64,000 nt of DNA from a virus (taxonomy: Duplodnaviria; Caudoviricetes), in IMG/VR virus record IMGVR_UViG_2795386114_000001, positions 1-64,000 of that record; one strand, written 5' to 3'. A program made the position numbers and the translations under genes. Positions 25,866 through 34,937 of the stretch are shown here, one piece after another. The notes below the pieces were generated by a model. That model was not told the origin of the DNA. It did no database searches and saw only the letters and a program-made list of their open reading frames with translations. Position 1 is the first letter of the stretch. Every line of letters begins with the position of its first letter.

Positions 25866-26927
25866 CTAGGTAAGGTCGGCGGTGGAGTTGTCCTCCCAGC
25901 CATCCTCGATCTGGAAGTAGCCGTTCATCGAGCGGGAGTGCCGGGCCCAGCCGCCTTGGTCGGCGATGATCACGGAGTCCTTGCCCTTCTTCCGTCCTGC
26001 GACGGCGTGGCCGATGCGCAGGCTGTGCCCGGTCCAAGTGAGCTGGACGCCCGCGCGCACGGAGATGCGTTTGACGGCGCGGGTGACGGAGTCGGGGACC
26101 ATGCCGCCGGTGACCTGCCCCCACCGGTTGATGCCCACGAACGCGGGAGCATCAGGCGCGGACCAGCGCGGGTCCGCCTCCGTGACGAGCCGATCCCGGT
26201 AGGTCTTCCACGCTTCGACCGGGCAGATCTCGGGATCGCTCTGGTATCGGATCTTGGCGTCGCGCACCGAGTGCTTGGTCTTCCCGGTGAGGATGGAGAC
26301 GATCAGGCCGCGCGGGTGGAGGGTGACGTCCTGGGCGAGGAGTCCGGCGGGGTCCTGGGCGCGGGCGGCGTAGTGGAAGCCGGTGAGGATGAGCGCCTTG
26401 TCGCGTGCGCCGGCCAGGGTGTCGGGGCATGCGCGTACGACGCGGTACAGGTCGGGAACCTGGGCGGTGGCGGCTTTCCCGCGGCCGCGGCGCTCCTTGT
26501 TCTTCAGGAGCTTGACGGCCAGGCCCTCGAGGCCGCGGCGCGCTTCGGCCTGGTCGTCGCGGCTGACGGTGACTTTGCGGCGGCGGAGTTCAACGACGGT
26601 TCCGGCGAGGATGGTGGAGGCCGAGCTGGGGGCGTAGCCGGATCCGTTGGCCTGTCCTTCGCGGAGCATCCAGGCGACGTAGGTGGCGAGGGCGCCGCGG
26701 GAGCCCTCGAGCAGGGGCAGGTTCTGGGTGGTGGTGAAGCGTTCCCAGACTCGCCAGGCCTTGGTGTAGGTGTCGGTGGTGTTTTCGGGGGTGATTTCGC
26801 GGGCGACGGCGTCGGCGAGGTCTTCTGCTTGGGCGAGGCGGTGGGCTGCGTCGATACCGTGCCGGGCGGCCCACTTCTGGATGAGGGCGGTGCGCTCGAG
26901 CTCTGCCGCAGGAACGAGGTCAGCCAC
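25866..26927 (-). CDS. Cre-like tyrosine recombinase (probable resolvase)
   Basis: ENTTDTYTKAW, RDKALIL.GF.YAAR, GKTK, PEICPV, GHSLRIG, QGGW, MNGY: full R-K-H-R-W-Y set with Cre-type Trp. Confidence 0.88.
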   Translation of the reverse strand: MADLVPAAELERTALIQKWAARHGIDAAHRLAQAEDLADAVAREITPENTTDTYTKAWRVWERFTTTQNLPLLEGSRGALATYVAWMLREGQANGSGYAPSSASTILAGTVVELRRRKVTVSRDDQAEARRGLEGLAVKLLKNKERRGRGKAATAQVPDLYRVVRACPDTLAGARDKALILTGFHYAARAQDPAGLLAQDVTLHPRGLIVSILTGKTKHSVRDAKIRYQSDPEICPVEAWKTYRDRLVTEADPRWSAPDAPAFVGINRWGQVTGGMVPDSVTRAVKRISVRAGVQLTWTGHSLRIGHAVAGRKKGKDSVIIADQGGWARHSRSMNGYFQIEDGWEDNSTADLT

Positions 26928-27258
26928 GACCGTTCTCCGGGTGAGTGGTGTGCATGTCTTCCTCGTTCCACTCTCCGAGGATCTCGTCCTCATGAATTGG
27001 GCCGCTGTGGCCGTGGTGGCGGATGCACTCGGCGTCACATGCTTCGTCGTCCGGCCAGAACACGGTGCGCGCGCCACAGGTTTGTTGTGGGACGTCGTAT
27101 GGCATCTCGGTGTCCCAGATGGTGCGGCACTGCTGGCACTCGATGATTGCGGTGTCGCATCCGTCGGAGTTGCCGAAGCCGCCTTCTACTCGGCCGCGTT
27201 CCTCAAGGTCGGCGCTGCCGCACTGGGGGCACCTCTTGTCGTACCGGTTGAGGCTCAC
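26920..27258 (-). CDS. Hypothetical Zn-binding protein
   Basis: CPQCGS...CQQC...C...C..HHGHSGPIH. Confidence 0.55.
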   Translation of the reverse strand: MSLNRYDKRCPQCGSADLEERGRVEGGFGNSDGCDTAIIECQQCRTIWDTEMPYDVPQQTCGARTVFWPDDEACDAECIRHHGHSGPIHEDEILGEWNEEDMHTTHPENGRG

Positions 27259-27278
27259 GGTCGCTCTCCCCTATGTGA

Positions 27279-27301
27279 TCGGATAAGGAGAGGTTATCCG
27301 A
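27279..27301. other. Putative lox/dif-like crossover site TCGGATAA-GGAGAGG-TTATCCGA
   Basis: Perfect 8-bp arms with asymmetric 7-bp spacer, extendable by ATGTG/CACAT; immediately upstream of the operon with the Cre-like gene. Confidence 0.6.
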
Positions 27302-27383
27302 CGCCACATGAGGTGATCCCTCCGCCGGGCGCTCTTAGGTCCTGGTTATGAGCGTCTGAGGGAGCGGTCCTGTGCCGTCAAAC

Positions 27384-27632
27384 TCAGGCGGGGTCGGGGA
27401 AGGCGTGGTCGACGCTGCCGAGCACGTCCTGGCAGATGCATCCGTCGACGGGCGACCAGGACGGGCAGAGACTGGTGATGCCGGCGGTGTGCTCACACGG
27501 GTCGTTCCAGAACGTCGCGTCGCAGCCGCACTTGTCGTTGTTGTGCCAGCGCGGGACGGGCTCCCGGCAGAGGTCGCAGACGAGGAACGGGTTGGCGAAC
27601 TCGACGTAGACGTGGGTCCTGGTGAAGGTCAT
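27384..27632 (-). CDS. Hypothetical Cys-rich protein
   Basis: CDLC...CGC...NDPCEH...CPSWSPVDGCIC. Confidence 0.6.
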   Translation of the reverse strand: MTFTRTHVYVEFANPFLVCDLCREPVPRWHNNDKCGCDATFWNDPCEHTAGITSLCPSWSPVDGCICQDVLGSVDHAFPDPA

Positions 27633-27699
27633 AGGTCCATGCTGGCGCTTCTCGGGCGCGGCGTTCCCCCTGCGGGCAGCCAGCCCGAGTGAAGGAACA

Positions 27700-27885
27700 T
27701 TATTCGTAGTCAGGCGCGCCGTTGCCTCGGTGACGCGCTTCGCTTAGTCGGCGCACCGTCGGGGCGAGGATGCGCCGCAACTCTTCCACAACCTCCCAAG
27801 GCGGTTCGGGTGCTTCAGCGACGCAGGCCTGGATGTGGGCGATGACGTCGTTGCCGAGGATCCGTCGGCGTTCTTCTGCGTGCAT
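27700..27885 (-). CDS. Hypothetical protein
   Basis: MHAEERRRILG.DVIAHI..CV.EAPEPP.EVVEELRRIL. Confidence 0.5.
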   Translation of the reverse strand: MHAEERRRILGNDVIAHIQACVAEAPEPPWEVVEELRRILAPTVRRLSEARHRGNGAPDYE

Positions 27886-28049
27886 GCCGTTCCAACGGGA
27901 CGGCTGCGGGGGTGGACACGTGCGGCATTGGTGATGTGCCATCAGATTCTTCGTCAGGAGCGATTTTGCGCACGACCGCAGATCTCGGGTCGACGGGTGG
28001 TTCCCTGGCTTCCTTGTGTAGCGTTCGCGATGCGTGTATCGTTTGAGTC

Positions 28050-28493
28050 ATGCGCAAGATCTATGCCGAGTTCGAAGACCCCGACAACCTCGAAGGACCC
28101 AAGCTCGCCGCCTTCGATATCGCCCCCGATCTGGCCGACGCCATCCGGGAAGCACTCTGTAACGTCCGCACCGTCGAACCGCCCCGCCATGTCCACTCCT
28201 TCGACGACCTGACAGAGACCATCGCCCAGACGTCCCGTCTGATCCAGCACCTAGAAGCCTTCCGGGAGCTGGCTATGGTCGCGGCCGACAAGACTGGCCC
28301 GCACGCTGACCGCAAGGCCATTGCCGTTGCTGCCGCCATGCCGCCGTCGCGGCTGTATCGGGTTCTGGAGAAGCACGGGCGACCGAAGAACCGCGCGAAG
28401 GCGTACGACGACGCAGTGCACCAAGCCATCGACGAAGGCGTAGAGGGCATCCCTCAAATCTTCGCCCGAGCCAACGAAATCACCAAGACGTGA
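28050..28493 (+). CDS. Putative HTH regulator (leaderless)
   Basis: -35 TTGTGT/17/-10 TATCGT 7 nt before the ATG; DRKAIAVAAAMPPSRLYRVL HTH-like segment. Confidence 0.6.
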   Translation: MRKIYAEFEDPDNLEGPKLAAFDIAPDLADAIREALCNVRTVEPPRHVHSFDDLTETIAQTSRLIQHLEAFRELAMVAADKTGPHADRKAIAVAAAMPPSRLYRVLEKHGRPKNRAKAYDDAVHQAIDEGVEGIPQIFARANEITKT

Positions 28494-28504
28494 GGACACC
28501 GACC

Positions 28505-28741
28505 ATGCTGGCAACACGCGAGCGCGCCCAGGGAAAGACGGTCTGGGAGGAGACGATCATCTGGCACAAGCCGATCGGGCGGGTCTCGGAGGAGTTCCAG
28601 GCCATCGCCTGCTCCGACACCGACGGGATCGTCTTCCCGCCGCCGAAGCAGGACGTACCGCTGCGCCTGGACAAGGCGGGCGAGAGCTGGTGCCCGGACT
28701 GCCTCGCCATCATCCAAGCCGACCGCACCGACGAGCAGTGA
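28505..28741 (+). CDS. Hypothetical protein
   Basis: WH...C...WCPDC; GAGGA RBS. Confidence 0.55.
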   Translation: MLATRERAQGKTVWEETIIWHKPIGRVSEEFQAIACSDTDGIVFPPPKQDVPLRLDKAGESWCPDCLAIIQADRTDEQ

Positions 28742-28752
28742 GGGCACCGGCC

Positions 28753-28932
28753 ATGGAAGACGAGCACGCACGGAAGGTCGCATCCCTCAACGCCGAACTC
28801 CGGGACCGCATCATTGAGAACCACGAACTCCGCCGGGAAGCGGCCCGCGCTCTCCGATTCATCGAACGCGGCGACCTAGACTCCGCGACGACCCTTCTGC
28901 GGCGTCTGTCCCTCAGCGTTGCCGAGAAGTAA
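28753..28932 (+). CDS. Hypothetical coiled-coil protein
   Basis: MEDEHARKVASLNAELRDR; operon context. Confidence 0.5.
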   Translation: MEDEHARKVASLNAELRDRIIENHELRREAARALRFIERGDLDSATTLLRRLSLSVAEK

Positions 28933-28943
28933 GGACCCCCACC

Positions 28944-29348
28944 ATGGCCCGAACGAAGCCCGTTCCCATCTTCACCCCTTGGGATGGACAGGCCATGACC
29001 ATCCGCCATCACGAACACCACGAGCGCATCGCAAAGATCAGCTACGCGGAGACCGATCCGGCAGAGCCAGAATGTCTCACCGGGTGGGTTCTCTGCTGGG
29101 CATGGAACCGTCTTCCGGTAACCATCCACGACACTGCTCTTGAGGCTGTCGCCCATGCCCGGGATGCGTATCCCGAGTATTTGAAGGCCGAGAACGAGGC
29201 CACGCGGGGGTTCCGTGAGCGGGAAAAATATGAGGAGCGCTTCGTTCGCCGTCGTGCCAATTCCGTGGCGCGCGCCCTGCGAGTACCGACCGGCGGTCAA
29301 AAAGGGTGGCAGAACCGTCGACCGTCAGCTCCTGACGCCGAACAGTGA
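28944..29348 (+). CDS. Hypothetical protein
   Basis: AAGGA RBS; operon context. Confidence 0.5.
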   Translation: MARTKPVPIFTPWDGQAMTIRHHEHHERIAKISYAETDPAEPECLTGWVLCWAWNRLPVTIHDTALEAVAHARDAYPEYLKAENEATRGFREREKYEERFVRRRANSVARALRVPTGGQKGWQNRRPSAPDAEQ

Positions 29349-29942
29349 CGACAGCGCCCCGTCTGAGGAAAGCAGGCGGAGGCACCGTCATGCAGGCTAC
29401 CGGCCGGCGGCGAGATTCGGACAACACGCGAAGTCGCAGGTCATTGACACCTACCGGGTACTAACGGTTCCTGGCGTTACATTGCCGAGTCACTGCGGGT
29501 GCCTTTGAGCTCCCGTGACTTCACCTGCACCCAGGTGCCCTGTGGCTGCGAATTGCAGCCCCCCAACACGCGAACCTACCGATGTGTTCTACCGTTCCCG
29601 CATCCGTCCATCGAGGTGGCTCAGGAAGGGAGGACACTGCCATGCCCGGAAGATGTGGCGACTTTCACACTGCGACAGAGGAGCGTGGCGGTCCGGTGGC
29701 GTTCCGTGGTGCTGTGTGGCCATGTGTGGTCATGTGTACGCACCAGCGCGTGACGGGCCGTCACATCACATGCGCGCAGGGCGTCTCGCCCAGACGCGGA
29801 CGCACGGTTGTCTACCCCCGCCGATACACTCGGCACGCAGAAGGAGCCCACCCCCGACGCGAGTTTCTCAGGCCAGTGTCGGGAGGGCTCCCTATGCGAT
29901 GTCCCATTCGCCAAGTCACTGAAAGGCAGTGAAAGGAACAAC

Positions 29943-30128
29943 ATGAAGCAGGGTAACAAGGAGCCCGGTCCCGTGGACAGGTGGCTCGCCCGAGTGGCCC
30001 GCTACCTGCGGGAATGGCCCCGTCGGCACGCGCGGACTGTCCACGACCAGATCCTCAACGGGGTCGCGTACGGGGTCGGGAGCGGCGCGGTCAGCCTGCT
30101 GGTCCTCTGGTATGAAACCCGCCTCTGA
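29943..30128 (+). CDS. Small membrane protein (61 aa)
   Basis: AAAGGA RBS; C-terminal ILNGVAYGVGSGAVSLLVLWY; followed by hairpin 30146-30173. Confidence 0.6.
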   Translation: MKQGNKEPGPVDRWLARVARYLREWPRRHARTVHDQILNGVAYGVGSGAVSLLVLWYETRL

Positions 30129-30223
30129 CGGCGAACAGATCCATGATGGCCCCCGCTACGGTGGGGGCCATCCTCATGCCCGACGCCTTTGGCTGCCCGC
30201 CTGGCTGCACTCGCTGATGTTCT

Positions 30224-30406
30224 TCATCGACGAGCCGACACCTGCGCCCGCCACTCCTCCAGCTCCCGGGTGCACAGCACGCACAGAGGGTTCCCGCCCA
30301 ACCCGTACCTGTGTGTCGGATGCTGGCACTTCGTGCACGGGCCCACCTGCGCGGGGGCGCACACGGGGGCCGGCGGGACGGGTCTGGCGGAGGTCGGGGT
30401 GCTCAT
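30224..30406 (-). CDS. Small Zn-finger protein
   Basis: GPCTKCQHPTHRYG.GGNPLCVLC; -10 TACGAT 7 nt before the ATG. Confidence 0.55.
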   Translation of the reverse strand: MSTPTSARPVPPAPVCAPAQVGPCTKCQHPTHRYGLGGNPLCVLCTRELEEWRAQVSARR

Positions 30407-30455
30407 GACGGCCATCGTACGAGCGTGCGGGCGTGGCAGTGCGGCCCGTCCTCGC

Positions 30456-31112
30456 TCACGCGCCGACTGCCGCCCACGGCCCGGCGAAGTCCGTTCCCGT
30501 GTTCGACCCCGGCGTGATTGACGACGGCAGTGCCGTCCGGCCGGTGCCGTTCTTCGCGAACCGGTAGGCCGATGCGGTCAGGCCCAGGTTCGAGGCCGTG
30601 TCGACGCCCGTCCAGCCGGAGCCGCGCGTCAACGTCGGAGGGGACGACGCGTTGAACACCATCCCTACCCAGTAGAACGCGCCGGCCGTCAGCGACTGGC
30701 TACTGATGGTGGTGGCCTTCAGCGTGGCCGACGAGATCGCCGAGTCGACGTTCGCGGACGCCAGCAACGTGCCGCTCGAGTTGTACAGGCCGACCTCGTT
30801 CTGGCCTGCGACGGGCCCGAATCCCTCGCCTCCGACCCACCAGTAGATTTTGGTGACGTTCACGTTGGCGGCGATGTTGATGCGGGTCAGGTACAGAACG
30901 CCGCCGGACAGCTGCGTGGAGTTGACCGCCAGGGCCGGGTCGTAGCACCAGGCGGCGATCCCGTGGGCGGACGGAGTGGCCTGCCCCAGCGCGTTGCCGG
31001 TGACGGCGAGTGTGCCGTCCACGGCCAGGTTTCCGGTGACCGCGGTGTTCCCGGCGAGCTGCCACGCGGTGCGCAGGCGGGACCAGGCAAGAGGGATGCC
31101 CTGGAGAGTCAT
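30456..31112 (-). CDS. Putative virion/fibre-associated beta-rich protein
   Basis: Ala/Gly/Thr/Ser-rich, VTGNLAVDGTLAVTG, VGLYNSSGTLLA; GAGGAG RBS. Confidence 0.65.
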   Translation of the reverse strand: MTLQGIPLAWSRLRTAWQLAGNTAVTGNLAVDGTLAVTGNALGQATPSAHGIAAWCYDPALAVNSTQLSGGVLYLTRINIAANVNVTKIYWWVGGEGFGPVAGQNEVGLYNSSGTLLASANVDSAISSATLKATTISSQSLTAGAFYWVGMVFNASSPPTLTRGSGWTGVDTASNLGLTASAYRFAKNGTGRTALPSSITPGSNTGTDFAGPWAAVGA

Positions 31113-31122
31113 GGCCGTCTCC

Positions 31123-33534
31123 TCAGTTGTACAGCCGGAGGACGTCGCCCACCGGGAGGACAGGGATGCCACGCGAGTTGATGGCGTCCATGATCAGATT
31201 GAAATCTGTCTGGCTGCATTGGTTCGACGTGGTCACCGAGCCGGTGACGATCTCGTGGAAGGTGAGGATCAGCCAGTCACCTTGGAGTTGGCAGCGGTCC
31301 AGGGATCCGCCCGCGCCGGTCAGGTTCGAGGGGAGGCCTCTGGCGGAGGCGCCGGCGAGGGAGCCGATGCCGGTGATCGAGCGCATGCGGTACGGGGCCG
31401 GGGGCGGAAAGATCTCAAGGTTGTCGGCGCTGCTGATGCCTCGCCCGGATGAGAAGTAGCGGCAGGCGAGGGACTCGATGGACACGTTGTCGCTGGTCTT
31501 GGAGAACCAGCCGCCGGGGTAGGCGAAGGAGGCGGACGGGAAGCCGTTGGAGGCCATCCACATGCGGGTATTGCGGATATCGTCCTCCACCACGGCCGCG
31601 GTGAGGGTGTTGTATTTCGCGTTGTGGTTGGTCACCGAGTAGGCGTGGCCGGCGACTTCCCACCCGGAGTTGTTCTGGACGGACTGGAGTTGCGCCGTGG
31701 TGAGGTAGCCGCCGGTGCCGATGACGTCGCAGATCGTGTAGAGGGTGCCGCGGAAGCCGAGGCTGTCCATCTTGGGGCGGGCGCCGGTGTACTGGGTAGC
31801 GTAGGAGTCGTCGAACGTGACGCTGACGACGCCATTCGGGAACGTCTCGGTGGTGTCGTTGATGACCTCGATGGCCTGGAGGTTGACGGTGAGCGGATTG
31901 CCGGTGTTGTCATCGACGACCTGGAACAGCAGGTCGGTGAACCCCGACGTCGTCGAGGGGACGCCCGTGGACGAGATCGAGTAGGTGCCCGTTGCGGATC
32001 GGACGTCCGCCCACGACAGCGTCATCACCGCCCACTCCCCGCTGAGGACCTGGTTCTCCGCGGTGGAGGCGTGGGTGTGGAGCCGCCAGGAGAACGTGTT
32101 GGCGATCGTAGATGTGCCGACCTGCACGTTGATCTGGTTCAGGTGCGTCACGTCACTGACCCGGAACACCAGCCGGAGCGCCTTGCCCGTCAGGTCGGGC
32201 AGGGCGCTGCCCAGGCGACGAATGTTCGCGACCGCGCCCGTACCGGTCGTGACGACCTGAAAGGACTGCGTACCGCGGCAAAACGTGTCGGTGTCGTTGA
32301 CGTTCGACGAAGCGACACCGGATCCGGACGCCGTCCAACCGTGCCCGGACTGGAACTGCTGCGACCAACTGGCGGGCCGCCAGGCAGGCCTCGGGCTGGA
32401 CGGCAGCATCAGCGGCAGGGTGACACCCGCTGTGCTGAGTCGGCCGCCAACGATCAGATTGTCGTCGGTGGCGAGGGTGTCGGCACCGGCCCGGTACAGG
32501 TTGGTGTCCCGGGCTGCGTTTCCGGGACCCCATTCTTGTCGTCCAGCGGCGTCGCGCCGGTACCGGTCGAAAGTGTCCCCGGAGGCCAGGGACGCCTGCG
32601 CGACGGTTGTTGAGCTGGTCAGGGTGGCGTTGAGGGTGCCGGTCATGGAGCCACCGGCGAGCGCAAGAAGGCCGCCGAGCGCGGTGGTCAGGCCAGTCAC
32701 TTGGGATTGGGCGACGGTGACGGGGTCGGTGCCGCCGGACGCGTGGCTGCTGGAGTGCGCAGTTGGGGTGCGGGCGTTGGTGGTGGTGGGGTCGGTCGAC
32801 TTCAAGGCGATCGTGTCGCCTGCGCCGGCCGCCCCGAGCGGGGGCTGCGGGCCTTGCGGCCCGGTGTCGCCGGTGTCGCCCTTCGGGCCCTGCGCTCCGG
32901 TGGCTCCTGCGGGCCCCTGATCGCCCGTGTCGCCCTTGGGGCCCTGCACACCCTGGACCCCCTGCGGGCCGGTCTCGCCGGTGTCACCCTTCGGGCCCTG
33001 CGGCCCGGTCGCGCCCGCCGGGCCGGGGTCGCCTTGCGGCCCCTGCGGTCCGACGAGGCTAGCCAGCCATTCCTCCTCTGTGGTGCCTGAGAAGCCGTTC
33101 AGTTGGGCTAGCTCGTAGGCGGACAGGCCTGCCTCGCCCGTGTCTCCCTTGTCGCCCTTCTGCCCGGCCAGGTAGACAACCGTGCCGTCCCCGGTCTGTG
33201 TGTCGGACAGGTCAGCGCGGATGGAGCCCACCCAGTGCTCGCCCGTCGCGGGGACGGCGATGAACGTGCGCATCGGGGTGCCGTCCAGGGCGCGGCCTTC
33301 GGTGATCGCCCACAGGGTGTCGCCCGCGTCGGAGACGATCTCACTGTTCGGGGTGAGGTCGACGGTCCAGACGCCGTCGCTGTTGGGGGTGATGCGCTGC
33401 GACTGGACGACTTCCCCGGGGACGCTGGCGACGTAGCCGACCGCTGGCTTCCCGGTCACGTCGACGAGGGTGGCGGTCATCTCCACCCGCTGCGGGTTGG
33501 GGGCCCCGATCAGTTTCCCGTTCACCGTGGTCAT
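31123..33534 (-). CDS. Collagen-repeat fibre protein with C-terminal polysaccharide deacetylase (CE4/NodB) domain
   Basis: G-X-Y repeats; [15 protein letters not shown]...NH, FAYPGG, ILTFH motifs. Confidence 0.85.
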   Translation of the reverse strand: MTTVNGKLIGAPNPQRVEMTATLVDVTGKPAVGYVASVPGEVVQSQRITPNSDGVWTVDLTPNSEIVSDAGDTLWAITEGRALDGTPMRTFIAVPATGEHWVGSIRADLSDTQTGDGTVVYLAGQKGDKGDTGEAGLSAYELAQLNGFSGTTEEEWLASLVGPQGPQGDPGPAGATGPQGPKGDTGETGPQGVQGVQGPKGDTGDQGPAGATGAQGPKGDTGDTGPQGPQPPLGAAGAGDTIALKSTDPTTTNARTPTAHSSSHASGGTDPVTVAQSQVTGLTTALGGLLALAGGSMTGTLNATLTSSTTVAQASLASGDTFDRYRRDAAGRQEWGPGNAARDTNLYRAGADTLATDDNLIVGGRLSTAGVTLPLMLPSSPRPAWRPASWSQQFQSGHGWTASGSGVASSNVNDTDTFCRGTQSFQVVTTGTGAVANIRRLGSALPDLTGKALRLVFRVSDVTHLNQINVQVGTSTIANTFSWRLHTHASTAENQVLSGEWAVMTLSWADVRSATGTYSISSTGVPSTTSGFTDLLFQVVDDNTGNPLTVNLQAIEVINDTTETFPNGVVSVTFDDSYATQYTGARPKMDSLGFRGTLYTICDVIGTGGYLTTAQLQSVQNNSGWEVAGHAYSVTNHNAKYNTLTAAVVEDDIRNTRMWMASNGFPSASFAYPGGWFSKTSDNVSIESLACRYFSSGRGISSADNLEIFPPPAPYRMRSITGIGSLAGASARGLPSNLTGAGGSLDRCQLQGDWLILTFHEIVTGSVTTSNQCSQTDFNLIMDAINSRGIPVLPVGDVLRLYN
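32842..33052 (-). repeat. Collagen-like GPQGP/GPKGDTG tandem repeats
   Basis: About 23 consecutive G-X-Y triplets in the translation. Confidence 0.85.
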
Positions 33535-33551
33535 GGCTGCTGTACTCCAGG

Positions 33552-33902
33552 TCAGGCGGTCGGCGGGCCGGGATCATCAGACTCGTGCTGGGTGTCGTGC
33601 AGGGCGCCCTGATGCTGGGCTTTGAGGACCATGAGGGTGCGCTGCATCACCAGCGCGGCAATCAGCAGCAGGATCAGCGTGCGCACGAACCGCATGGCCG
33701 AGGCCGGTGCACCTTCCTGCCAGATCGTGATCAGCACGGTGTACGCGCCGAGCGCCCCTATAGCGAGCGTGAACATCATCAAGTGGCGGCCCACCGCAGT
33801 GGACCGCCATGGCGCGTGCCGGTGGTAGACGACGGCGAACACGGCGCAGCACAGGGTGACCAGGCCCGATGCGGCTGTGTTGGCGAGCTGTGCGCAGTCC
33901 AT
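33552..33902 (-). CDS. Putative holin-like membrane protein (3 TM)
   Basis: Three hydrophobic segments, [12 protein letters not shown]; lysis cassette position. Confidence 0.65.
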   Translation of the reverse strand: MDCAQLANTAASGLVTLCCAVFAVVYHRHAPWRSTAVGRHLMMFTLAIGALGAYTVLITIWQEGAPASAMRFVRTLILLLIAALVMQRTLMVLKAQHQGALHDTQHESDDPGPPTA

Positions 33903-34147
33903 CAGTGACGGCCTCCCTCCAAAGCGGCGCGGAACATTTCCGCGAAATGGTTGCGTTGCCGCTCCCGTGCCAGGCGGGCGGCGACTTCAGCGACGGCCGG
34001 CCGGTGCGCTTCAACTTCCCGGCGCGCCCGTTGTGCGCGGGTCAGAGCCGACTCGGCGGCCTTCTGCCCCGCTGTCTGTCGGGGTGTCTCCGAGTCCTGG
34101 GGGGTGGGCTTAGGACGGCGGCGCAGCAACCGGCTTATCCATCGCAT
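33902..34147 (-). CDS. Lysis-cassette protein
   Basis: MRWISRLLRR...RERQRNHFAEMF. Confidence 0.6.
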   Translation of the reverse strand: MRWISRLLRRRPKPTPQDSETPRQTAGQKAAESALTRAQRARREVEAHRPAVAEVAARLARERQRNHFAEMFRAALEGGRH

Positions 34148-34442
34148 CCCCTGGCACCTCCCCCCTGATCGCGCGCAGCACGTGGTCGGCGGTGCGGGAC
34201 AACTCCAGCAGTTCACCGACCTGTGCCTGCGACTCCACGCGTGCGGCCTCGCTCTCCCGGTAGGCGTCACGCCAGGCGTCTCGTTCCGCGACGAGAGCCT
34301 GGATACGGTCGTTGCGGTCCTGGCGGACGTCCTCGACCACGGAGCGGGGGACGAGGTTGCCGCGCAGGATGAGCAGCACGATGAGGGTGACGAGGGCGAT
34401 GGCTCCGCCTTGGGCGATGTTGATGCCCATCAGCTCGTTCAC
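34110..34442 (-). CDS. Lysis-cassette membrane/coiled-coil protein
   Basis: N-terminal TM then LVPRS...ERDAWR coiled coil. Confidence 0.65.
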   Translation of the reverse strand: MNELMGINIAQGGAIALVTLIVLLILRGNLVPRSVVEDVRQDRNDRIQALVAERDAWRDAYRESEAARVESQAQVGELLELSRTADHVLRAIRGEVPGDAMDKPVAAPPS

Positions 34443-34516
34443 CGGTGCCGCTCCCTAGTGGTGGGGCACGCCCGCACTGCTGCCAGACGGTGCCGCGCGT
34501 GCCAGGTGGTCATCGG

Positions 34517-34903
34517 TCAGACCGCGGTCGGCTTGGGCGCCCGCTCCAGCGGGCTGGACTGCTCGAGCCGGACCTCGGGCACCGGGGCGGTCACCTCGCG
34601 CCGCAGGAAGATGGCAACCGCGCTCTCGACGATCAGCATCCACAGGGCCTGCTGCTCGGCGCTCATCTCCAGGCCGAAGCCGAGGAACAGGGCCAGGCTG
34701 GCTTGGGCGAGGTTCACGATGGCGGCCGCGGCCGCGCCGGTGCGCAGCACGATCGCCTCGATGAGGGCGACGGCGCAGGACAGGACGGCCATGATGACGG
34801 CCTGCTGGTCGGCGCTGACGTCGAGGCCGTAGGCGGATGCCAGCTTGAGGGCGACGGCGATGAAGCCCAGGATGTAGACGGGCTCTCTTCCGAGGATCTT
34901 CAC
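34517..34903 (-). CDS. Holin
   Basis: ILGREP start, about 4 TM, R.EVTAP end; directly after the endolysin. Confidence 0.75.
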   Translation of the reverse strand: MKILGREPVYILGFIAVALKLASAYGLDVSADQQAVIMAVLSCAVALIEAIVLRTGAAAAAIVNLAQASLALFLGFGLEMSAEQQALWMLIVESAVAIFLRREVTAPVPEVRLEQSSPLERAPKPTAV

Positions 34904-34937
34904 GGGTTTCTCCAGGTGGGAGGGTGGTGGGGGGTGG

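Noticed and set aside
25866-26927. Chromosomal integrase interpretation
   Set aside because: No arm-binding N-terminus, Cre-type Trp, adjacent lox-like palindrome and no att/tRNA boundary; a resolvase fits better, though this is not proven.
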